A stretch of 11,823 nucleotides of DNA, from IMG/VR virus record IMGVR_UViG_2757320985_000001; one strand, 5' to 3'. Positions 7,221-11,823 of this stretch are shown piece by piece (the stretch's first letter is position 1; each line of letters begins with the position of its first letter). The DNA comes from a virus (lineage: Duplodnaviria > Heunggongvirae > Uroviricota > Caudoviricetes > Demerecviridae). The position numbers were made by a program, and so were the translations under genes. Under the pieces are notes generated by a model, which was given only the letters and a program-made list of their open reading frames with translations, searched no databases and was not told the DNA's origin.

Positions 7221-7407
7221 TAGAATGGTAGCAGTAACAACTGCAATCAATTTTAAGGCGTCTAGGAACGATTCTAAGCGGTTTTCTCGCTGCTACCCTT
7301 ATTATAATAAAGCCTTGTGTACGCTTACAGGGAGCTAGAAATAGAAAACACGCGGTTATCATAAAAACAAGCGTTAGGCAAGGAATAAAAAAACCTTTTC
7401 TTTTTTC

Positions 7408-7437
7408 TTGCCTCTAGCGAACAATTATCTATATCAT
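7408..7437 (+). promoter_or_regulatory. Candidate sigma70 promoter, rightward pre-early cluster
   Basis: TTGCCT-N18-TATCAT preceded by an A/T-tract UP-like element; GAGGGAG SD follows. Confidence 0.5.
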
Positions 7438-7468
7438 TCACTCACCGATTAACGAGGGAGACAAAGAA

Positions 7469-8470
7469 ATGTCTACTGTAAGAATTGCAGTACCAGCAAA
7501 CACCACTATTATTAAGGGTAGTTTGCGCAACCTGCTAGATGGTAGTAGTGCGGCAAGCGTACAACATACCGCTACTATTGTAGAAAAGATTCACGATGAA
7601 ATTTTAGACAATAATGATACTCATTATTCAGTCGATGATTTCACGCTATTACTAGACCAGACAAGGGCGCTAGTAATTTTCAACCGTGATTATCATATTT
7701 TCCGTAATAGTCGTGGAACTGATATTGATTTTATCATTGTTGGCTATAGTGAGTCTCATAGTGGTTACATTGCGCGATTATATAACGTGCAAGAAAAGGA
7801 GCAGGTAACAGCAACAAAAGTAAATAATATCAGACTGGATAGTGTCGGATCGTTATTAAATAGTATCTGGCGTGAATTATCATCCAGTTATAAAGGCGCG
7901 GATAGTGACGCAATCGAAACAACTGGCGTATTGTGTTTTGAACGCGCTAGCGGTAACATGTTGATTCCTAACGATTATTTAGAGTATGGGAATGAATCAA
8001 ACGTTGCAAACGCTGGATTTACACTTTTACCGCTTGACAATGTAACAAAACAGGCTGTACAATCTCAAACTTCAAGCGCAAATGCGCAAACTACTGAAAA
8101 TAAAGGAAATATTATGTCTAAAGTATCTTCTATCGTTGCCGCTAATAAATCCGCCGTTGTTAACGCTGCTAAACTGGAAGCGGGTAAAATTGCACTGACT
8201 CAAATCACAAAAGTAGCGGCGAAAAAAGCGCCGTTTATGATTAAAGGTTATATTGATACGCCGATTGGTCGTGTAGTGATCGCTAACCTGCTGAGTGTAG
8301 CGGTTGACCAGTACGCCCCGACTAATGCGAAAGCGAAAGCGGTAGCAGGCGCGGCAATGGAAGCGGCAATGTTGGAAATGGTACAGAGTTTCAATATTGC
8401 GGAAATGATCGATGAAATGGTAAAAGGTATTGACATTTCTACTTTTACCACTAACACCGAAACAGAATAA
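7469..8470 (+). CDS. Pre-early two-domain hypothetical protein, 333 aa
   Basis: GAGGGAG SD; globular N-terminal region, Q/S/T linker, Ala/Lys-rich helical C-terminal region. Confidence 0.85.
   Translation: MSTVRIAVPANTTIIKGSLRNLLDGSSAASVQHTATIVEKIHDEILDNNDTHYSVDDFTLLLDQTRALVIFNRDYHIFRNSRGTDIDFIIVGYSESHSGYIARLYNVQEKEQVTATKVNNIRLDSVGSLLNSIWRELSSSYKGADSDAIETTGVLCFERASGNMLIPNDYLEYGNESNVANAGFTLLPLDNVTKQAVQSQTSSANAQTTENKGNIMSKVSSIVAANKSAVVNAAKLEAGKIALTQITKVAAKKAPFMIKGYIDTPIGRVVIANLLSVAVDQYAPTNAKAKAVAGAAMEAAMLEMVQSFNIAEMIDEMVKGIDISTFTTNTETE
8034..8063 (+). promoter_or_regulatory. Internal sigma70 promoter within the 333-aa ORF
   Basis: TTGACA-N18-TACAAT. Confidence 0.6.
8114..8470 (+). CDS. In-frame nested 118-aa product (MSKVSSIVAANK...)
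   Basis: AAAGGA SD at 8102-8107, ATG 8114 in frame with 7469 (offset 645), immediately after the linker and downstream of the internal promoter. Confidence 0.6.
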   Translation: MSKVSSIVAANKSAVVNAAKLEAGKIALTQITKVAAKKAPFMIKGYIDTPIGRVVIANLLSVAVDQYAPTNAKAKAVAGAAMEAAMLEMVQSFNIAEMIDEMVKGIDISTFTTNTETE

Positions 8471-8478
8471 TAACTACT

Positions 8479-8498
8479 AGCGGGGATTATTCCCCGCT
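8479..8498. repeat. Near-perfect 20-bp palindrome
   Basis: AGCGGGGATTATTCCCCGCT; 19/20 identical to 5071-5090. Confidence 0.9.
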
Positions 8499-8533
8499 TT
8501 ACTATTTCCCTGTTAATTGTTAGGAGACTAATT

Positions 8534-9028
8534 ATGTCAGAAGAAAAATATGGCTTTTCGCTAGAAAGTGTGAATGAAGCTAAACACGATATGATCGTTT
8601 TAGTTGATTGTCATACTGGCTATTGCGGGGAGGGCTGGACGGAGGAACATTTTGTTCCCGCTGGCTGTGATCTGGACGCTTTCGCAAACGAACACGCATA
8701 TGATAATGCTTCTCGTTTCGGTAGCGATGGGGAAGAAGATGAAGAAACAGGGGAATGGATTGAAAATGATAATGTATATGCGAGTCTTTATCATTATCAA
8801 TTGAGTAAGTCCGGTACTTATGTAAATGGCGGCGATCCTATTAATACCGTTATGAAACTAATTATTAAACACGGTGGCGCGGAAATAATTGGTAACAAGG
8901 CGTTATTATATGCAAATCGATTAAAACAGCTTGTTTATATTCCTGATAATTCCCGTTGGGATGAATATGCCGTTTTACAGAAAGAACTAAAACGCTGTTT
9001 CGGCGTGGAAGCATTAGAAATAGTCTAA
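8534..9028 (+). CDS. Pre-early hypothetical protein, 164 aa, acidic N-terminal half
   Basis: AGGAG SD at 8522-8526. Confidence 0.85.
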   Translation: MSEEKYGFSLESVNEAKHDMIVLVDCHTGYCGEGWTEEHFVPAGCDLDAFANEHAYDNASRFGSDGEEDEETGEWIENDNVYASLYHYQLSKSGTYVNGGDPINTVMKLIIKHGGAEIIGNKALLYANRLKQLVYIPDNSRWDEYAVLQKELKRCFGVEALEIV

Positions 9029-9029
9029 T

Positions 9030-9044
9030 GTAAAGTTTTGTAAA
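9030..9044 (+). promoter_or_regulatory. CpxR-box-like site
   Basis: GTAAA-gtttt-GTAAA, perfect consensus. Confidence 0.45.
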
Positions 9045-9070
9045 GGTCGCCCTAATCGGCGACCTTTTTT
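9042..9070 (+). terminator. Rho-independent terminator
   Basis: AAAGGTCGCC-ctaatc-GGCGACCTTT followed by further Ts. Confidence 0.75.
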
Positions 9071-9078
9071 GTTATAAT
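9070..9078 (+). promoter_or_regulatory. Extended -10 promoter
   Basis: TGtTATAAT; no recognisable -35. Confidence 0.55.
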
Positions 9079-9135
9079 GCCTTTACACCGAAACGGTGGA
9101 TTGAAAATTTTCCCTGATTTCTAGGAGTTAAGCAA

Positions 9136-9348
9136 ATGTTAAAGAATGTTTCCCTTGCCCGTTCTAAAGGTTTTAAGCTGGTGGATGTTAACACGTTTGA
9201 GCGTCCAGATTGTAAAATCGAATATGTAGCACGCAACAAAAACGCGTTTCGTGTTACTGAAAAGAAATTTGACAAGCGCGGAAATTTGGTAGCCGAAACG
9301 GTTAAACACTTTGCCACCTTTTACGCTGCTTTTCGTGGGGTATTATGA
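9136..9348 (+). CDS. Pre-early basic hypothetical protein, 70 aa
   Basis: AGGAG SD at 9123-9127. Confidence 0.85.
   Translation: MLKNVSLARSKGFKLVDVNTFERPDCKIEYVARNKNAFRVTEKKFDKRGNLVAETVKHFATFYAAFRGVL
9177..9184 (+). other. Chi site GCTGGTGG
   Basis: Exact match within the 70-aa ORF. Confidence 0.65.
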
Positions 9349-9446
9349 GATCCTTATATATTGCTCTAGCGTTTGCTACCGTTGGCGTTGTTTGCTCATT
9401 CGCTGCATTTGTTTTAAAAATGTACCTGATATTTTCCCAGCTTTAG
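9345..9446 (+). CDS. Small hydrophobic peptide, 33 aa (MRSLYIALAFATVGVVCSFAAFVLKMYLIFSQL), absent from the ORF track
   Basis: ATGA overlap with the upstream stop; GGGG SD-like at 9337-9340; its TAG overlaps the AGGAG SD of the next gene. Confidence 0.55.
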   Translation: MRSLYIALAFATVGVVCSFAAFVLKMYLIFSQL

Positions 9447-9457
9447 GAGCTTGACAA

Positions 9458-9802
9458 ATGGTTATTTACGAGGGTAATCGTTTTGTTACTAATTGCCGTC
9501 CGGCATTATTAGCAAGCTATTTAAATCAGCTTTCACCAGTTTATAAAGGCGTGGTTAATATCTATGAGGGCAAATCACATTATAAGATTAATGCCGTTGT
9601 TGCTCGCGAGCTTGCCTTCCAGTTTCTTACTTTTGGCGCATGTGATGTACAGGTTATGGGTGAGCCATTAGTAGCAGAAAATGAAAATGAATTTATTGAC
9701 ATTTTCCGCAAAGTATGTACAGAGCGCCTGATTATGAAAGGCGCGTATATTCAATCAACCGCTGAAAGTATTGAAACAGCGTTTCGGGGAATTGCGCAAT
9801 GA
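9458..9802 (+). CDS. Pre-early hypothetical protein, 114 aa; positional candidate for T5.015 (Ung-binding, dUMP-DNA nicking)
   Basis: AGGAG SD at 9445-9449. The functional link is by synteny only. Confidence 0.8.
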   Translation: MVIYEGNRFVTNCRPALLASYLNQLSPVYKGVVNIYEGKSHYKINAVVARELAFQFLTFGACDVQVMGEPLVAENENEFIDIFRKVCTERLIMKGAYIQSTAESIETAFRGIAQ

Positions 9803-9999
9803 CTAAAGATGAAGCGTTAGAAAAAATGAAACAAGGTTTCAAAGTTAGTAATCAATATTTTACTAGCGATGAATTTTTGTACATGAAAGAAAACGGCGTG
9901 ATCATGTCGGAAGATGGTTACAATTTTAATGATTGGTTTTTCAATATTCGCAAGGGTGAGGAATGGAAGCTAGACGGTTGGAGCGTCTACCGTGAATAG
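9799..9999 (+). CDS. Pre-early protein, 66 aa, with Tad2/DUF2829-like pattern
   Basis: ATGA overlap; N-terminal MTKDEALEKMKQGFKV and C-terminal W..DGW.V pattern. Confidence 0.8.
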   Translation: MTKDEALEKMKQGFKVSNQYFTSDEFLYMKENGVIMSEDGYNFNDWFFNIRKGEEWKLDGWSVYRE

Positions 10000-10006
10000 C
10001 TGGTGG
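9999..10006 (+). other. Chi site GCTGGTGG
   Basis: Exact match beginning at the G of the TAG stop. Confidence 0.7.
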
Positions 10007-10038
10007 CGAAAAACGCAAAGTCACAAATCTAATAATAC

Positions 10039-10059
10039 CGCTGGGAAACATTCCCAGCG
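10039..10059. repeat. Intergenic hairpin of the GGGAA/TTCCC family
   Basis: CGCTGGGAA-aca-TTCCCAGCG. Confidence 0.8.
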
Positions 10060-10089
10060 TTTACGATTTGGGAACGGCTTCACAATGTT

Positions 10090-10108
10090 AATAATAATCA
10101 TTCTCATT
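10090..10108. promoter_or_regulatory. Fur-box-like 19-mer directly before the SD of the 79-aa gene
   Basis: AATAATAAT-C-ATTCTCATT, 16/18 to consensus. Confidence 0.6.
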
Positions 10109-10122
10109 CTAGGAGCAATGGC

Positions 10123-10362
10123 ATGGCTGTAAGAATTTTACGATATGTAGAACGTAAAGAAACCGATATTATGCAGCATCATTTAACTGATGCGCAATAT
10201 GCGCAATTTTTAGAAATGCAGAAAAGCGGAGCTAGTACGGCGGCGCTAGGGGCGTGGATCAATTCAGTTTCAACGTGTACGCATTTTGATTCATACGGGT
10301 ATACACCAGCCGAAACCGTCCAGATCTTTGATGACTATGAGAAAGAATACATAACAGACTAA
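10123..10362 (+). CDS. Last pre-early hypothetical protein, 79 aa
   Basis: AGGAG SD at 10111-10115. Confidence 0.8.
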   Translation: MAVRILRYVERKETDIMQHHLTDAQYAQFLEMQKSGASTAALGAWINSVSTCTHFDSYGYTPAETVQIFDDYEKEYITD

Positions 10363-10368
10363 TAATAA

Positions 10369-10396
10369 CGGGGCGTAACTATCGGCCCCGCTTTTT
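10369..10396 (+). terminator. Rho-independent terminator ending the rightward cluster
   Basis: CGGGGC-gtaactatcg-GCCCCG-C-TTTTT, 6 nt after the stop. Confidence 0.7.
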
Positions 10397-10450
10397 CTGG
10401 CCTTCCTCAAATTTCCCCTTATTAAAGTACCTCCTCCAAAAATAAACGCG

Positions 10451-10477
10451 TTAGAATGCGTTTGAGAGCGTTTTAGA
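10451..10477 (+). repeat. 27-bp motif, copy 2
   Basis: TTAGAATGCGTTtgAGAGCGTTTTAGA. Confidence 0.85.
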
Positions 10478-10507
10478 GCTATATTAGAGTTATTCACTAC
10501 GCAGGAA

Positions 10508-10527
10508 TACTGTATAAATATACAGTA
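10508..10527. promoter_or_regulatory. LexA (SOS) box, copy B
   Basis: TACTGTATAAATATACAGTA, 19/20 to TACTG(TA)5CAGTA. Confidence 0.85.
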
Positions 10528-10535
10528 GAATAACC

Positions 10536-10617
10536 TGTTGATAAGTCTGTTGATAACGCCTCAAAATCGCTAGGATTTTGTCAAGTCAAATCGTGCTGTT
10601 AATAAACCTGTGGATAA
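10536..10617 (-). promoter_or_regulatory. Cluster of four DnaA boxes (cassette B, inverted relative to A)
   Basis: On the minus strand TTATCAACA (10536 and 10548), TTATTAACA (10597), TTATCCACA (10609). Confidence 0.8.
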
Positions 10618-10650
10618 CTTAAATAACAGTGTTTCTCACTTCCCTTTCTA

Positions 10651-10786
10651 AATGCAAATCATTCTCATTATGCGATTCATTCGTATTCCGGTAATCAAAT
10701 GATAACCATTCTCATTCCGCTTTCTAAACGCAAATCATTCTCATTCAACTTCTCAAATGCGAATCAATCTCATTATCATTCGCATT
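10651..10786. promoter_or_regulatory. Array of four Fur-box-like 19-mers
   Basis: Starts at 10651 (15/18), 10698 (16/18), 10727 (14/18), 10756 (14/18); the last three at a 29-bp period. Confidence 0.65.
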
Positions 10787-10825
10787 TCGGCAGGCAGGGC
10801 ATTTTCATTTTTGCCCTGCGCTTTT

Positions 10826-11563
10826 GTGCAAATCCGACATTTGCCCCCACGGATTACGTGCCAGCGTGCATGTGCGAATCCGACAATTTTTGGTAGTGTG
10901 CAAATCCGATGGCAAATATTTTTTATATGTGCAAATCCGACCATGAATTTTCCTAAAAACTCCAGCAATCCGCAACTGCGATGCAATCCAGCTGGATTTA
11001 CTAGAGTATGTGCAAATCCGACAAGTGTTAAGGTGTGCGAATCCGACAAGATTTTTGTGACTTCGATTGGAGGGTGTGTGATTGTGTGGGTTTGGGGAGA
11101 AGTGCGAATCCGATGAGATTTTGGGAGGAACTACGGAAGGAGCAGCGGTGATGGTGCTTTAGCACCGGTTTGCTGCGTTTTTGGGGATAATGTGGGATGT
11201 TTTGGCTAGAATTGAGATTAGTGGAGATAAAGCGAAATTTTATTAGCAAAATGGGGCAAAATCGCTTGACAAGTGAAAATTCCTGTGGCTCTAAAAACTC
11301 AGGCAATCATGGGCCTTCGGCCCGAAATAATGCTGCTATTTTCAGGAGAGTATGTGTTCATGAAAACTTAGGCAATTGTGCAAATCCGACCATAAATTTC
11401 TATAAACACAGTGTGCAAATCCGATAGTAATTTCCAGAAATGTGTTTTGGAAAAATGTCTCCTAGAAATAACCGCCCTCCCCATAACCGCCCTGTATTAA
11501 ACCGCCTATTGCTGGAGTTTCTAGGAACAGGAGAAACTGCCCTATAACATGTGCAAATACGAC
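10826..11563 (+). repeat. Ten co-oriented 13-bp repeats GTGCRAATMCGAY (injection-stop-signal region)
   Basis: Copies start at 10826, 10872, 10898, 10929, 11010, 11035, 11102, 11378, 11413 and 11551. The position ~9.5-10 kb from the inferred left end matches the T5 iss. Confidence 0.85.
11468..11507 (+). repeat. Three tandem AACCGCC(C) units
   Basis: ATAACCGCCCT at 11468 and 11483, AAACCGCCT at 11499. Confidence 0.75.
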
Positions 11564-11678
11564 AGGATTTTCCTAGAAACTTAGGAGTCTACTAGAAAGT
11601 GTTGTGCCATCCTAGCAGATGAGCGGCAACCGGTGTATCATCTTGAACGTTAATTTATCTATTCAATAGTATTAGTTT

Positions 11679-11823
11679 TTATATAAGTATAAGATCCCCA
11701 AGGGATTGTGAGAGATGCTCCACCCCTGGGATACGAATTGCGTGAGATGGTACAAAACTTCTGAAGATTTCCCTAGCCCTCCGACGAGCTACGGGGGAAA
11801 TAGAAGTTTCCCATCCACCATCC
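11679..11823 (-). CDS. 3' end (partial) of a leftward ORF, probably the first early gene beyond the repeat
   Basis: One minus frame is open for 47 codons from the window end (DGGWETSISPVARRRAREIFRSFVPSHAIRIPGVEHLSQSLGDLILI*); the other two frames close quickly. Orientation matches T5 early genes. Confidence 0.5.
   Translation of the reverse strand, partial: DGGWETSISPVARRRAREIFRSFVPSHAIRIPGVEHLSQSLGDLILI

Larger units (their letters stand above)
1400..11600. other. T5-like direct terminal repeat / first-step-transfer (pre-early) region; boundaries approximate
   Basis: Gene order dmp-x-x-A1-membrane-A2-x-x / divergent rightward cluster / repeat-rich non-coding end matches the T5 FST, and the length matches the ~10 kb T5 terminal repeat. 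Exact ends cannot be read from a single copy. Confidence 0.8.

Noticed and set aside
6377-7468. tRNA or structured ncRNA in the 1.1 kb divergent intergenic region
   Set aside because: No cloverleaf, T-loop or recognisable Rfam-like fold by eye; an Infernal search or RNA-seq would be needed.
9029-9135. HNH homing endonuclease, which I recall in the T5 pre-early region
   Set aside because: No HNH-motif ORF is present in the window. Absence of an optional mobile gene is ordinary, and its exact T5 position is from memory.
844-9317. Shadow ORFs 844-1164, 885-1076, 915-1286, 1220-1405, 1963-2193, 3104-3301, 3204-3386, 3819-4028, 3863-4051, 4406-4645, 5145-5390, 8248-8457, 8600-8800, 8604-8804 and 9072-9317
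   Set aside because: Antisense or out-of-frame to better-supported genes that have SD sequences and coupling; no independent signals.
7201-10527. SOS boxes as evidence of a temperate or prophage lifestyle
   Set aside because: No integrase, repressor or antirepressor; gene content is that of an obligately lytic T5-like phage.
7144-10584. Conserved (AC)TTGAC in the cassette spacers (7144; minus strand 10579-10584) and TTGACA at 6689 and 6886 as -35 elements
   Set aside because: No acceptable -10 hexamer at 16-18 bp in any of the four cases; treated as part of an unknown binding motif.
10291-11427. Track ORFs 10291-10497, 10699-10896, 10753-11049, 10757-11116, 11028-11306 and 11197-11427
   Set aside because: No convincing SD; translations simply echo the DNA repeats (CANPT/VQIR); they overlap on both strands; the region is non-coding in T5-like phages.
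10826-11563. CRISPR array or mini-array interpretation of the 13-bp repeats
   Set aside because: Repeats are too short (13 bp), spacing is irregular (25-276 nt), and there is no cas gene or leader.

Overview
This window is from a T5-like lytic phage (Tequintavirus/Demerecviridae type). It appears to span the whole ~10 kb direct terminal repeat / first-step-transfer (FST, pre-early) region. 1-1305 is unique-region DNA: the probable 3' end of a receptor-blocking lipoprotein gene, then six small overlapping or coupled ORFs, four of them predicted membrane proteins. 1464-6376 is the leftward pre-early cluster (dmp, two hypotheticals, A1, a membrane protein, A2, two small ORFs). 6377-7468 is a non-coding divergent control region. 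7469-10362 is the rightward pre-early cluster. 10400-11600 is the non-coding injection-stop-signal (iss)-like region, followed by the 3' end of a leftward ORF. The most striking signal is in the non-coding DNA. Two mirror-image cassettes (7088-7280 and 10451-10786) bracket the rightward operon. Each carries, in the same order, a 27-bp motif, a near-perfect LexA SOS box, four DnaA boxes with identical 12/61-bp spacing, and Fur-box-like 19-mers. There are also two perfect CpxR boxes upstream of candidate promoters, four Chi sites, a nested gene with its own promoter and RBS, a WWTCCC motif before most pre-early Shine-Dalgarno sequences, and a Tad2-like small protein. All identifications come from reading the sequence and from recall; no database search was run.
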